Origin: Octopus sinensis
Lineage: Eukaryota
DNA: 64,000 nucleotides
Direction of reading: 5' to 3'
Assembly: GCF_006345805.1 (NCBI RefSeq)
Contig: NC_043002.1
Span: forward strand, 96,658,001-96,722,000
Of the stretch, positions 24,661-39,599 are shown piece after piece (positions within the stretch are counted from its first letter, which is position 1; each line of letters begins with the position of its first letter). The translations under genes and the position numbers were made by a program. The notes under the pieces were generated by a model, which ran no database searches, was not told the DNA's origin, and saw only the letters and a program-made list of their open reading frames with translations.

Positions 24661-27600
24661 AGTAAATTCTCGTTATGTCGAATTCGGATGAGTCGAACAT
24701 TCGCTTGTGTCGAATTTCATTTCTAGTCCCGACGCCAAGACACTGTTTTACATGTTAAAAGCTACGCCTAACTCGATGTCGGGTAAGTCGAACATTCACT
24801 AAAATCGAAGTAAATTAGTGTCTCATCAATATAATAATACTTTATATTTACTCCTATTGTCACGAAGTGTGAAGAGAACTTCAGTGGACTGCACATCAGA
24901 TTCTTTTACTATTGTAATTTAGTAATACTCTGTTATATACAAAATATACAGTAATAAGATGTATTTTCGAGAATCACAAACGTATGTTAGTAAACAAACT
25001 TATTTCGCATTTACTGTTCGTGTGTATTTGAAAACACAAATTAGCTAAAACACATAATATTGAATTGATTACGGAGAGATTACAATGTGTAGTACTTGTA
25101 CGTTTTGAGAGTACATTTGTTTCATAGCATCACAACTTTTCATTGCATTACATTAAATTATAAACAATGTAACTATTTTGACTCCATTCTTATAATCTAC
25201 TTTCATCGATTCACATTGAAATTTCAAGCTAGTTTCAGCCTATATCTTCAAGTTTCTAGAATATTTTCCGTTCTTTAGTTCATGTAGCAATTATTAAATT
25301 TTTAAGATTATCTCAATTTTGAGTTCAAACGCTTGGTCGCAGAATTTGTATCGTAAAATTGTAAATTTTTGAAAGTAAAATTTTGTAAAATAGTCTTCTC
25401 ATTAGTTTTAATCTACGCACATAAGAATATTTATCACAACTGATTTCGTTTTCGTTTTTTACAGTATTCTGCATTGACTTTGTGTGTATTTTGGTAACAT
25501 TGATAATACCAAGTTTTTGAGAATTTTACCAAGCAGTTCGATAATCATTGCTGACTTAAGATATAAGATAGTCGTGTGCACTGAACCTTAAGTTTTTTTG
25601 ATTCGTGTCAAAGTGATACTTTTCATAAATTACATATGGCGTTAGTTAAAAGAAAATTCACTGTATACAAAATACAAATCAAATACCAAGCCATTATCGA
25701 TATTCAAAAAAGTAAAAGAAAAAAAAAAGAAAACATAGAAAATGTCAAACAGTTTGAAATACTTCTTAACACACTGTCTATGCGGATAAAATCGTCTTCC
25801 AAAATCAAAAAGGTCTACCAAAATAGTGGTTTGGAACACAACAGAATTCATTTCTGCAAATATTCAGCGGTGAAGGAGCACCAGTTTTGTGGTTTCAGAC
25901 TGCCCGAACGCAGAATATCCCAGTATCATTGCCTATTTTGCAAGCAGAATTGCTCAAACTGGCAAAGAATCTTCAACACCCAGATTTCAACTGTAGAGAT
26001 TGATGGCTCAGTCGCTTCAAATAAACTTTAAAACTATTAATGAGGAAGCTAACAGCATCGAAGATAAACGAGTAGATACATAATACACCATTACACTATC
26101 AAGTACTCGATCGATGACATCAGGACTTTCTTTACAAATTGCATCTATCCAAATCCCTAACACGTAAAGGAGGACAATGTAACGGTGGAAAACTCTCAAA
26201 AAGACCAAATCACTATCTTACTATGCGTTAACATGTTTGCCATCGACAAACTACTTACATTGTTCGTGACTGGAAAATCACTCAATCCCAGATGCTTGAA
26301 GGGCGTCAAAACGCTAACCACAGAGAACACTGCAAGCAAAAAGGCTTGGATGAGGAGAGCAATTTTCCCCGACTGGCTGCAGAAGTTGACTAAACCGTCA
26401 GACTTCAAAAACGAAAAATTGCCCTAGAATTGGACAACGTCCTATCACACTCACACATAAATTCTCACATAATTTAATAGAATTGCAATGGTGCCTATAA
26501 TAGCATAAAAATTAAAATCCTTTTGATCGAGGTTTATTCAAGAAACGATTTTAATCTAAACACGAAGCATGATATAATGATTTTTGTTGCAGTTACTGTT
26601 AAGAATTACCATATTTTGGTTTCCTGAAATGTTCTAAAAGCAAGTAGTAGTAAGGCACCTGTTACTCATGCAACACATTCAATAAACTGACATCATGCTG
26701 CAAGGAGATACAAACACATTTACATCACAGTAAAATTGGCACATATATTCATAATAATACCTTTCAAAGTCAACACGTTACAAAAGCAACAGACTCCAAA
26801 CTCTCTGTGACAACACACCACATACCTTATGCTTTACAAAAACTCCGCTCTGATAACTAAATACAAAATCTACAGCTTACTCGCAGCACAATACAAAAAT
26901 ACACATTATTTGTAATGCAGTAAAGAAAAATACAGTACGTCTACAAATTTGCTATACACTAAATCGACGAAATATTTGCAACATTTTATAAACAACAAAA
27001 TTACAAATGATTGAAATATGAGAAAACGAGGGGTGACTTGATTATGTCATTACTTGATTATCAAAAGTAATAGCCAAATTTCCCTCAAACCATATTTCTT
27101 GTCTCTTTTTATGTTAAGGGAAAAGAGATATAGAATGTAATCTCTCTCTATATAAACGGCAGTTTGTCTGTCTGCGTGTCTGTGTGTCTGTTAGGTTGTA
27201 CCCTCACCCTGACCACGGCTTTCAACCGATTCTGATGAAACTTGACACACACATAGCCCAATGTCATAATTCAAAACTAACGCAGCGAAAATTTTGAAAA
27301 GTTCCCCCAGTTCTGAAAAAAAATCGATAAATTCGACATGGGGTCGAGAATCAGAAACAAACCACATACTGTCTGGGGGACGCAACTCGACCTTTTTAAC
27401 TCTCAAAAAAATTTACCATCATTTTTTTTCCATTTTTTTGCTATTTTTTAGCTATAACTCTCTAAAAATGCTTTATAGTTATTTCCCTTACAAACCCGAG
27501 CAACGCCGGGCGATACTGCTAGTCTTATATACAGGGGTTCCCATAATCAATGCAACCGAATTTTTAAATTTCGCCGGAGCAAAATATTATTATATTTCAG

Positions 27601-28613
27601 GTCTGAGTGTTGCAATGCATTAGTAAAGGAAACACAATGGTGAAGCTACCACATTTATTTGATATGACCACCTTTGTTTCGAATCACATCCTTAAGTCTA
27701 GGTACGAGTGATTCACACGCAACACGCAGAACGCTAACATAACAAGCAACACGCAGCTCACTAAAATGACACTCCATTTTTTTACAACCCAACACTACCT
27801 ATGCATCAAGGTATAATAAAGAACATCAAAACTCACTACCGACACCTACTCGTAGACAAGCTTATATTATCATTAGACAGCTCAAAATTTACTACAGATA
27901 CTGTGTTGGATTCTCTGCATTTATTACAACGTGCCTGGTTATCTGTCACTAGAATCACAATAGCAAACGACTTCAGACACGCTGGATTTCCCAACAAAAC
28001 TCTGGACACTACTGATGACATAAATAACGAAAATATAACTCACAGAATTATTTCGATGAGCAAGACAAATAGGAGTTGACTTATCTGACTCCTTTCATGA
28101 ATACGTCTCTGTTGACGATAACACCATTGCATCAAAGTCGATGACTGACGAAGCCACAATAGAAAACATCATTCAAAAATACAACCGAACAGTTACAGGA
28201 ATTCATAAAGAATGTGACTCAGGAGATTTAATTCAACCAACACCTAAATTATCTTCTGCAGTAGCTACATCTGAGACAATTTATTCAAATCCACGAGAAC
28301 TCTGCTGACATGTTTGCTTTTCTTACTCAGTTGGAAAATTTCATAGAAAATGTGGAATGGAAAAGCTAGAAGCAAAGTGTCATAGAAGATTACTTTGCAT
28401 GTAGCAATTCTAAAAGATGACATTTTTGCAATTTTCAATAGTTTTTGAAAGTAAATGTTTACTTTTGAACACGTTTGTTTTCTAGCTCCTGACAAATGTA
28501 TCTAAATTTTTTTTATCACATCACAATGACAAAATGACTTGATGTTTTGAACTTCGGTTGTCTTGAAACCGTGTGGAAGTTTTTAGCCTGTCCCCTGAAC
28601 TTCGACACAACGT
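24661..28613 (+). mobile_element. Decayed pogo/Tigger (CENP-B-like) DNA transposon
   Basis: ORF 25636.. MALVKRKFTVYKIQIKYQAIIDIQ (HTH-psq-like), 26185.. (KDQITILLCVN...LFVTGKSLNPRCLKG...KKAWM), 27801.. (QGIIKNIKTHYR). Imperfect TIRs CGTTATGTCGAA / CGTTGTGTCGAA. Confidence 0.8.
27141..27522 (+). mobile_element. Non-autonomous Helitron nested in the Tigger element
   Basis: A|TC 5' end, CCCG-AGCAACGC-CGGG hairpin and CTAG|T 3' end; AT target site. Confidence 0.85.
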
Positions 28614-28676
28614 ATATATATATATATATATATATATAGATATATATATATATATATAATATATATATATATATAG

Positions 28677-28711
<35 letters not shown>

Positions 28712-29299
28712 GATATATGTACATATATATATATATATATATATTGTATATATATATAGATATATGTATATATATATATATAGATATATATATATATATA
28801 TATATTGTATATATATATGTATATGCATATATATATGTATATATATATATATGTATATGCATATATATATGTATATGCATATATATATATATATATATAA
28901 TATATATACATAATCAAAATAAGCAACAAGTATATCCGAGGTAGAGCAGTACAATTGTTTCATGCTACTTCATTTTATAAAACATTGTAAGTATTACATC
29001 AGCTTTAAAATGACGAGGAATCTTCAGCCACTTGTAGAATTTTCCAGTCAAACGGACAATGCACATTCTTATCTCTATTTCATTTGCCAACATTATAAAG
29101 AGGGTAGATATAAAGAAAGAGAGGTTGATTTCATTCTTAAGAACATGATAGTAGTAATTCACCCTTAGACTGTATGTATATATGTGTATATATATATATA
29201 TATATATAATATATATATAATATATATATATATTATATTATATATATATATAATATATATATACATATATACATATATATATATACAACATATATATAT

Positions 29300-29332
<33 letters not shown>

Positions 29333-29359
29333 ATATATATATATATATTATATATATAT

Positions 29360-29399
<40 letters not shown>

Positions 29400-29409
<10 letters not shown>

Positions 29410-30230
29410 AGTCCTTGGACGAAAATTGTGTGCACCTTTTGCTTCGACGGTTAACGGTGGCCAAACCGAGACTAGGATCGAGCTGAAAATTGGCAGGGAT
29501 AATAAATGCGTGGTGAGGATGAGACCCGCTATGGTTAAAATTCGCAAACTATAAAGATGTGGTTGCTATGACAAAAAGAGTGATTTTCTATCGATTCAAG
29601 GGGGTCCAGAGCACCTCTAGATTTGGGCGTGTGGCTTTTAATCCCCAGCTGCATGCACTGCAGGCTGTTGTGCTCAATAAACATACATTTTGTCGCGAAA
29701 TTCCGGCTACTAGGAAACGATTTTTCATTGTGACAAACGAGTGTGTTTTGCCCTCATTTTCTTTTTAATCTTTTCCATAAATTAACTATCGTAAAAATTT
29801 TCTGCCATGGCCTCACATTTTCTATGTATGTGCAACTTAAAAGACGTGATTAGACAGAGGTCGAATAAAATTGAATGGACCGGCCGCTGGTAATGATGTT
29901 CTTATAACTCAAATGTCCCTCACTCCCTTCGATACGAGCTACATTTTTAAGCGGCTTCAATTTCCTATCAAACTCTCCTTTGCAATGACAATAAATAAGG
30001 CACAGGGTCAATCATTGCAAATGGTTGGTTTAAATCTCACAGAGCAAGTGCTCTCCTACGGTCAACTTTATGTTGGATGCCCCCGTGTTGGCAGGCCACA
30101 AAGTCTATACATTTTTGCATCAGAAGGGAAGACAAGAAACGTTGCCTACAGAAGCGCTCCACTGAAAAGACGGCATTTCTTCACATCTTTCAAATCACCC
30201 CAGTCATCTGCCGGCTCAAATGCTTCGTAG
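29400..30230 (+). mobile_element. Helitron with PIF1-helicase C-terminal fragment
   Basis: ORF 29871..30230: RLQFPIKLSFAMTINKAQGQSL, YGQLYVGCPRV. Confidence 0.9.
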
Positions 30231-30834
30231 TCGCGGTGTCAGCCAACTTAACTCCATGTCACACACCTTCACCCACTCACTCTAACTCTCTTTCTCACCC
30301 TCTGTCTCTCACACATACAGACTCGCAAACAAGCACACACACACACACACACACACACACGTCCATTTTACATACCTGCTTTCAATTTCTGCTCCTTGCA
30401 AATAAAATTTTTATGGATACAACTACTTACAAAAATAGGGATTAATGTATAATTTCTTTATATGTTCATAATTAAATAAATGTTTTAATAATTAGACAGA
30501 GATCCAATACAATAGCACTCAGAAATAGACTACGTGCAAATTCTTTGCAAATTCTTTCTTCACAACTCCAGAAGCTGTTTTCTGACAGGAGGCAGAGTGA
30601 AGAAATTTTCATACAGCTGGATGCTCCAATCGAAACAGGGAACAAGAAAATCAAATCGACGCAGTGCCAGATAACTTTATATTAGACGCGTTTCCGATTT
30701 TAATGCATTATAAGAAAACTTTAACGAATAAATTTAATTTTTTAAATCATATCTGAGTTATGATGGAAACAATCATTTAAATATTTCATACAAATTCCAT
30801 TTAAAAAATAAGATAATTTTAGAAGTTCACTTAC

Positions 30835-30904
30835 GTACGCCAAAAGGACAAAGCGGTGAAGAAATATGAATGAATGAATAATGCGAAAGCGATGAGTATT
30901 TATA
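30835..30904 (-). promoter_or_regulatory. Paralogous promoter plus exon 1 (copy B) with no recognisable downstream coding exons
   Basis: TATAAATA 30904-30897, TCATTC Inr with A at 30875, 41-nt exon, donor GTAAGT at 30834. Part of block ~30640-31490, which is homologous to ~14935-16110. Confidence 0.6.
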
Positions 30905-31537
30905 ACTGAATGTAACACCTCCAATACTAATAAACAGCTGGTGACAATATATCTCAGTCTCAAACCTGAATCGGATAATAATGACAGTTTACAAAATACT
31001 TGCTGACAACTAAAGATATTTTATGGCCCGTTGACAAGTGCAAACAACGATGTTTTCTACTGCACCTGAAGTTAATAGTGTGAATTTGTAAAGGGTGCAC
31101 CGAGCGACACGACAGTATAGATCAACACCCGGGAAGATTGATCAAGAGATAGATGGATATACACATATACAACTACGTCAAGTGTCTGACGACACATGTT
31201 TCAAGAGCTTTAATATTTTTTTGGCCATTCTTTTTTTTAAAAACTTACATTTTAAAACTTACAAATAACTAATGTCAGACACAAGGATGCCTCAGCAATT
31301 GAAAGGGCATGCTGTGATAGCTGCATTAAAAACACAGGATAGTTTACGTATATATCTCAAACGCAGAAAGTTTCTCCTTATCAGATGTCACAATATTCAC
31401 TCCTTTTCTATCAACATCTCACTTTAATTTCTATAATTTACGATCATTTTAAAAATCTGCTTTTCTTCTGTTATGAATCGACACTTCATCGCTCATGGAA
31501 TTTCGATCTTCTGTGAATATATGTCTGTGTGCGTTTG

Positions 31538-31649
<112 letters not shown>

Positions 31650-31679
31650 CATCTATAAATCTATCTATCTATCTATCTA

Positions 31680-31750
<71 letters not shown>

Positions 31751-31789
31751 AGTTTTGCCTATACAAAACAGTAACTGGCTAACCCATTT

Positions 31790-33230
31790 TGATTGCAAGG
31801 CAAGCGACTTCTAGGGTCTCTCCAAAATCCATAAGAATCAAACAATTAAGAATGCATGTAAAGAACTATACAAAATTCCACCAGGCTTCAATTTAGACCA
31901 ATCGCAGCAGGCACGAGCTGTGAAACACAAAATATGCATCTTTTTAGATATATTGCTGAAGCCTATTTCAAAATATATACCAAGTCTTGTAAGGGACGAC
32001 TTTTACCTGTTAAACCACCTCCCCAATTCCATAAACAATGACACCATCATTGTAACTTTTGATATAGCAGCCCTCTATACCACAATCCCACACCAATATG
32101 GACAAGAGATAATAAATTTCTGGCTTGAAAAATTCCCTCGTGAAATTCTAGACAGAATAGAAAAGCTTTTGATCACTAAATGATTAAAATATATCATCCA
32201 TGGCAATATCTGGGACTGCGGTGGCTACAAAAGTTGCTCCAACTTACACCAATGTAGTCGTGGCATGCATGAAGGTCTAGATATATGAACAATCTAAATT
32301 AATATATGGCTAGAACTTCCACAATTATGTACTAGAAAACTGGAAAAGTTACTAAGATGTCTGCCTAATCCTAATGGCAGACATATTTGAACTTATAGAT
32401 TTCACAAATCTAATCAACTGCGTAATCAATAATATTTGTTTCACCATGGAATACAGTAAAACTCAACTACCATTCCTAGATATGCTAATCATCAAAAAAT
32501 ATAAAAGCATAGGAACAGATATTCACTACAAACAAACATAATCTAAACAATACTAACAATTCTCCTCATGTCATCGAACCACAGGAAGAATAATATCCCC
32601 TATAATCTAACAAGAAGAATCTGCACAATTGTTTCAAACGCTGAAAATCGCAATAAAAGATTCCAGGAAATAAAACATGTATAAATTAAGAGAAAATACC
32701 CATTAATTTTAATAGACAATGGAATAGAACGTTCCAAAAGATAAATATCTAAGAGCTACGAACAACGCTCCAGATATATTCGAAACTCTAGCCTTTATTG
32801 CAACACACAATCCAATATTATCCACCACAACACCCCACTATTATAACAAGACCCAAGAATAAAACAGGCATTCGAAATACACAAAATAATCAAAAATAAA
32901 AGACAATCAATGACCCCACTCCAAATAACCCACAAGTGCTAAATTACCTTCCAAAATTTCTACACCAAATGTTTAAAAGTGTGGACGCTCAATTGCGGGA
33001 CCTGCATCAACTTTACTGAAGAAAGGACATACATATTCAAATCGAGAGAGATTTTCCCGTAAGAAATCAATTTTCATGTTCTTCAAAGAATTTAATATGC
33101 GCTATCAAATGTCAAGTATATAATGAAGATTACATAGGTCAAACAAAGCTGACTCTAAGAATAAACTGACCATTCACCAACAACAAATATGAAACCGGAG
33201 TTCAAGACAGATTCCACTTGTTAATAATTT
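31790..33230 (+). mobile_element. Decayed Penelope-like element (RT plus GIY-YIG)
   Basis: ORF 31920.. (IVTFDIAALYTTIPH), downstream GTAVATKVAPTY, QLPFLD, and YIGQT remnants. Confidence 0.8.
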
Positions 33231-34395
33231 GCTTTTTATTCACCTAAGTTTGAGCTGTGTGGACAGTACTGTAGAGATTTGTTGCATCAACTTAAGTACC
33301 TAATTCAACTGATTCTTAATTATTTCTTATACGTACATGCATACATATACATACATATGTATGTGTGTGTGTGAACATATATATATATATATATAAGAAT
33401 ATATGTATATATATGTATGTATTATATAATACAGTGTATGTATTATATCTATCTATATATCTATATATAAATTTTTCTTCAGAATGAGATAAATAACCAA
33501 GGCTGTGAAGATTTTAGAACATTTATAAATAGCTGTTTCCAGGTTATTTATTATATCCCGTCATCGGAGACGATGAGAGAAAATGATTAAGCAATATATG
33601 TAAGTGTGCGTATGCGTATATGTATGTATGTATGTCTTCAAGTGTGAATGTATGTAGGTATGCATTGTATATATACCTGCGTGCACAGGGGCGATAATAC
33701 ATACAGATACACGTATATATGGGTGTGCATATGAGTACGAGTTGTATACGTAGATATTGATATGTATAAAAATCTGTATAAATATATATATATACTCACA
33801 CAAAAGGGTGAAATATATTTAATTTAATATAATTAATAAATTTCACCTAGTAGATTTATCGGTATGGAAAAGACCATATTTGGTAGGAATTATATTAATT
33901 ATAATAAAGGGTTAATTGCAACAAGTTGCTCAAAACCACATACCGAAAATATTAGAAATAGCAGCCAAATTTATCACTATTTTTCCTACTAATAAAAAAG
34001 TCTCCACAAACAAACAGAATTTGTAACCCGTATATGGTAAAAAGAAAGAAAATAACGAAATCCCAGCCTATGGATTAATTATAGACAAATCGTTTCTGGA
34101 TTAGAACCGAAGGCTCATTTCCTTGTCAATATAATATTTCCTATAAATCTAGAAATGCTAGGGAAAAAACTCACCCGTTACACCGGCCCCATCAAGCGAC
34201 GTCGAACGATCTAACGGACTGATAGCATCCCTACATTTATATAGACAGGCGGATTCGTATCACCCTCCAAAATTACCTCGTGAGTTGCAAAAACATTAGC
34301 AACGAAACGAAGTTTCGTAGATTTCTTGTAAGGGAGCAATAGTATTCAATATACAAAAAAGGGTGAAATATAATTATTTTAATAAAATTAATAAA

Positions 34396-34447
<52 letters not shown>

Positions 34448-35579
34448 ATATATATATATGTCAAATATATACATATGTATACATTTTCACATATATATTT
34501 TCTTCTACTACTAAGTACTGACCTGTCCAACAACCTAATCTATATTCCTAAATTCTTCATTCCATACTACTACCCCTCTCTGTGCCCCATCATTTAGACT
34601 CTATCACTACATAACTGACTCTCCCTTACCTTTTACATTATTATACCTCTCTCTCTATCACCTCTCATTCCTTCTATCCTTTTACCCTCCAACACCTTTG
34701 TTTCTCTATCACCCTCATCTCCCCGTTCCTACTTTCAAATCATCTTGACTGACCACTAACTGCTTCACTTTCCCTTATTATCTCTCTCCTTGTTTTTCTT
34801 TTTTCTTTTTTCTTTCTTTTGTTTAATCCTCTCTTTTTGTATTTCTTCTTTTTTCTTCTCTTTGTTTCTCTTTTCTTTATTCCTCTCTTCATGTTTCCGA
34901 TTTGTCATTACAAATACATTCCCTACTTTTAGGTCACTTTAAATAAAACCCTTGATTCAATAGCACTGTGTACAAACTGTATACTTGGAATGACCAATTT
35001 GAAATGCTATTAGATTTTACACACAAAGTATTGCAATCTTATATGTATACCATTCTGCCTAAATAATGGATCTACAAATGCAATATCCATGCATATCTCA
35101 CATCTATTTTCATTCCTACACTTCACTCTCTATTTCGTTTCTTATCTAAATTAACTATTGCTTAACCATTTTCTCACATCGTCTCCGATGAAGGGATATA
35201 ATAAATATCCTGGAAAATGGTAGTTTATACGTGCATTAAAAGTAGAGCATAAGTGCAAGATTTCGCGTGTGAGTTTGTACGGATGGATGTCCGTAGACAG
35301 AGAACATGCAAGTTTTGGTATATACGTCTTAGCGTGATAGTGTAAGACATTATGTATGCGTGGACGTGTTGGTGTGTGTAGAGGGGTTAAGTGCTGATAA
35401 GATGGTGGTGGGGGCTGTATGCATATGCATGAGTGTAAATGATTGTTGCGAAAATGTGTTGGGTTGCAGGGCTTGTGTCTTACTGCTTGATTGCAAGTAG
35501 TCGTGTGGTGATGAGATAGAATTGGTTAAGAGGGTGTCGGTGTGAGTGGGGTACGTGGGAAGGCGGTCGTAAAAAGGGG

Positions 35580-36830
35580 TTAGTTAGTTAGTTAGTTAGT
35601 TAGTTAATTTGGCTCAAAAGCAAATAGCAAGGCCATGTAGGGGGACATGGAGTTAAGTACAGGGTGGTGTTCATGTAAAGAGTTCAGGCCACTTGAGGTC
35701 CAGGGAGGCTTTGAACAAAGCGGTCGTCGGCATCTTCACCATCTCGTCTGGCAGCTTGTTCCACGGATCCGCAACCCGGACGGAGAAAGCTCCTCTGCTT
35801 CGATTGAGACGAAATCGTCGCAGATAGAGCTTTTCGGAATGACCCCGCAGCCGACGCTCTGGAGCAGAAGAGAAGAACAGCTCTTTCGAGAGGTTACACT
35901 TTCCGCTTATGATGTTGTGGGCGAGAATGAGATCACCACGGCGGCGGCGTTTTTCAAGAGAATAAAGGTCGAGCGTCCTCAGCCTTTCTTCGTAGGACAA
36001 ATTTTTGAGACCATGAACCATGCGGGTAGCCAGCTTCTGGACTCTTTCAAGATGCTGTATGTCTTTGAGGAGATAAGGAGAAGAGGCTTGAATCCCATAC
36101 TCCAATATGGGTCTCAACAGCGTGACATAGAGTGGTAGGAATATGGCTGCTGTGAGCATTCCGAATGACCGTCGAATCAAGAAAAGAATTCCGTGTGCTT
36201 TGTTGGCAGCATGGACGCACTGGGCTGAAGGCGAAAAGGAGGAATCCACCAAGATACCCAGGTCCTTTACCTTATCGGTCCTCTCCAGCAGCAGACGACC
36301 CGGCTCGAAATCAAGTTGAGTTGCAGGAGTAGAGCCGACAGGCAGATGACAGCACTTTGACACGTTCAGACACAGGTCCCAATCGTTAGACCACTTCCAA
36401 ATTTGGTGGAGGCATCGACGAAGATCCTCTATATTACCGCGAGGAGCGACCAGTTTGATATCGTCGGCAAATAGAAGGGTGTGTTGCGTGAGGTCGTCGG
36501 GCAAGTCATTTATGAAGACTAAGAACAACAAGGACCCAAGCACTGAACCTTGAGGCACCCCACTGCTCGCACTGGAGACGTCGGACCGCGAGCCATTAAC
36601 TTGGACTTGGGTTGTTGAGGAAAACATCGGGAAAGATATTTGAAACCCAAACAACTACAGGTTTGGAGAGAAAATGGTCTCCTGTTCCTTCTGGAGGTGA
36701 ATGGCAGAGAATACCGTAATGGTGAGCATGCAGAATACCGATAGATGCTAGATCTGTGTCTGCCAAAATGAAGTGCCGCGAAATATATTTTTCGGTATTC
36801 TCTGGAAACCACGATCCAAGAACATTCTCA
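35580..36830 (-). mobile_element. CR1-type LINE, 5'-truncated, relatively young
   Basis: ORF 35671..36654 (SGVPQGSVLGSLLFLVFIND, FADDIKL, LEKRRRRGDLI) with an (AACT)n tail at 35580-35610. Confidence 0.9.
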
Positions 36831-36999
36831 AAGTCGATCGTAAATACAAATTAATTATATAAATCGTAAAATATAAATCAATTACGTTGCACGATGAACA
36901 ACAGTTTTGCTACAATGTATTACGTTTCTGAATTTAAACCGGAATTGTCTGTAAGTAAATTGTTTAGTAGTTTTTAATTTTTGGTTTATTTATAATTTC

Positions 37000-39500
37000 C
37001 ATAAATTATTTTATGTTAATTTAATCGATTTTTACTTTTAGATTTAAGCACGGGCAAATTTATATTGAGAACTCAGAAAAATAAGACGAAGTGTCAGAGC
37101 AAGCAAGACGAACACTAGAATAAAAAGCGCACCCCATCATAAGGAAAATATAATGAAAATTACATAGCATGTGGTTTTATGCTATCGGAAAAATACACCA
37201 CGGTTACTTTTTTTATGATTTGTTTCACAACACTCTCAAATGAAGCGATGGTTCCCTGTAAAATTCAACGTAATTTCATAACAAATCATCCGCAACATAA
37301 GGACAAACCAAAAGAATACTTTGAGATCATAAAAACTATTTTTCCAATTCAATCGAAAAGACTGAAGAAATTTCTCTCAATTCCTAAGAAAGCTCCAGTC
37401 GTTGGTTACAAGATTGCCCAGCTTTTGGTACAGAAGAAAATACCACTTTATGATGCCGAAAACATAATTTTACCAGCTTTAGAGATCAGCCTTGTTAGAA
37501 TGATTACTGATGAAGCTGTCAAACAAATTAAGACCATTCCTTTATCTGCCCATACCATTTCTCGTAAAATTCAAGACATTTGCAAGGCATTGATAGTCAG
37601 CTCCGCGAACATTTCACTCAAGCAAAAATTAAACTTGAAGGCCTTAAAAGTCGATGAAAGTACAGTCATCAGAAACAAAGTTCAAATAATTTTATTTCTG
37701 CGAGTTATCACAGGTAGTAAAATCATAAGTCAGTTTTTGTGTTGTTGTGAATTAGAGGAAACAACGACAGCAGATGCCTTTAACCCGGTAAAACAAAATG
37801 CCGTATTGAGAGTGATACAGTGGCAAACATACACACACATACATACACACACACACAAGTACACACACACATACATACATACATATACATACATATATAT
37901 ATATGCATACCATTATATATTATAATATTTATTCAATAATAATATAATTCCTATAAAAGATAGAATACAATAAATAATTATATATTTAAGTATCTTACAT
38001 ATTATTTTTATTGTTTAGTTAACCAGTAGGGTCATCAATAATTGTGTATGTTGTTAATTAAAATGATTTTTCAATTATTATCTAACCCTGATATAATCTC
38101 CAGGGATACAGGCATCCAGCAACAGGACCTCCGTAATGCCATGATGGACCGTGAAGTCTGGCGTAGCATGGTAAATTCCATTGTCTCGACCACGGTCGAA
38201 CAATGATGATGATACAACGAGCTTAATTCCTACAATAGAGTTCAATATCTATATATATAAAACTGTAGTTGTGTGAGTGTCTCCTACGATTTAGATTCCT
38301 AACAACTCCCACATTTTGCGGTGCAGTTTAACCAAATTCGGGTATCTTATAGTCGTGATTCATATCAAGCCCGTCTGGGTATTAGCGCGCGTCTACAATG
38401 AGTCTACGATTTAAAAAATAATTTAGCATCATTTCTTTCCATTTTAACGCATATTTTTTCGTGTGTCGATGGCGGCGGAGTTGGCGTCCATGGTCACACC
38501 TGCACCTGTGTAGCTTCTCCCCCTTCTTCCCTCCCTCGTGAAGCTGTGGGGAAGGGAGTGTAAGGAAATCAACGTCGTAAAGCATTGTCAAGGAGACCAG
38601 CGTTCTTTTAGAACAACGACTTCATGGCTTGAAGACACCAAAATTACCATAATTTTTTATTCCATTTTTGATGCATTTTTTTGCTATTTTTTTACTATAA
38701 CTCACTAAAAATGCTTATATAGTTATTTCCCTTACAAACCCGAGCAACGCCGGGCGATACTGCTAGTAATAAATAAATGAGTATTTGGTTTCCTTGCGTG
38801 TAATTTTTATATTTATTATTGTCCAGTAATATCATTCGATGGATGTATATGTTGGTGTATATGATAATTTATATATAATCAAGATTAATTCTTGTAAAAT
38901 GGTTTTTATGTTAAATAAATCGGTAATTAACTATACGACGTAAATTTTCCATTAAGCTTTACGTAGCATTTTATTTGTTGATTTCATATTTTTATTTATT
39001 GATGAAGAAAAATGTAGAATTCTTGACTGCAATTATTATTATACTTCGCGATATTGTAGAATGTGAACAGGACATCGGTCCTGTATGTTATGCCTACTAT
39101 ATCTGTACAGACAGATTTTGTTTGCTGCAATGCATAAAATCTGAAAAAGTCGGTGTCAGTGGCTGAGTCGCTTACGCCCATAGTTATTTCACAGTTATTC
39201 AGTTTATACATACGAGTCCATATTTTGTTACTGCAGGAGATTATTGCTTTCCTACACATCTGCGTTCTTCCTATAAAAGAAGTGTATTAAATGGGTAGAA
39301 TAAGTCGATATCTATGTGTTTGAATTCAATGTGTATTTTGTAAGATAGCTTCTTAAACCAGTGAATTAACTCAGTAGTGTACGACATAATGTCAAGATTT
39401 CCATGGTTCCTCAATTTTCGGTGTATTTTATCTATAATCGATTTACCACTTGAACAATATTCGATTTGAATGGGTTAGAAATCTAATGGCTAGGTCTGAG
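37000..39500 (+). mobile_element. hAT (Buster/ZBED5-like) transposase remnant, interrupted
   Basis: ORF 37179..37925 (LSNEAMVPCKIQR...AENIILPA...LSAHTISRKI...LKVDEST). Later remnants WLSR (~39165), LQEIIAFL (~39235) and FEWVRN (~39465). Confidence 0.75.
38248..38766 (+). mobile_element. Non-autonomous Helitron
   Basis: A|TC start; hairpin and CTAG|T end identical to the element at 27141-27522. Confidence 0.85.
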
Positions 39501-39599
39501 GCGAGGGGTTTTATTTTTTAAGCGGAAGGCCCCATTAAGTTTAATCGTAATCTAACGAGGCAGCAACAACATTTTCCTTATTATTTTCAAAAACCATAT

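Noticed and set aside
30472-30654. ORF containing MKISSLCLLS just downstream of promoter B
   Set aside because: The hydrophobic core is too short, there is no good donor, and there is no homologue downstream of promoter A.
38996-39280. Exon-like Cys-containing minus-strand segment (RTQMCRKAIISCSNKIW...)
   Set aside because: The plus strand carries hAT/Buster motifs (WLSR, LQEIIAFL), so it is antisense to a transposase remnant.
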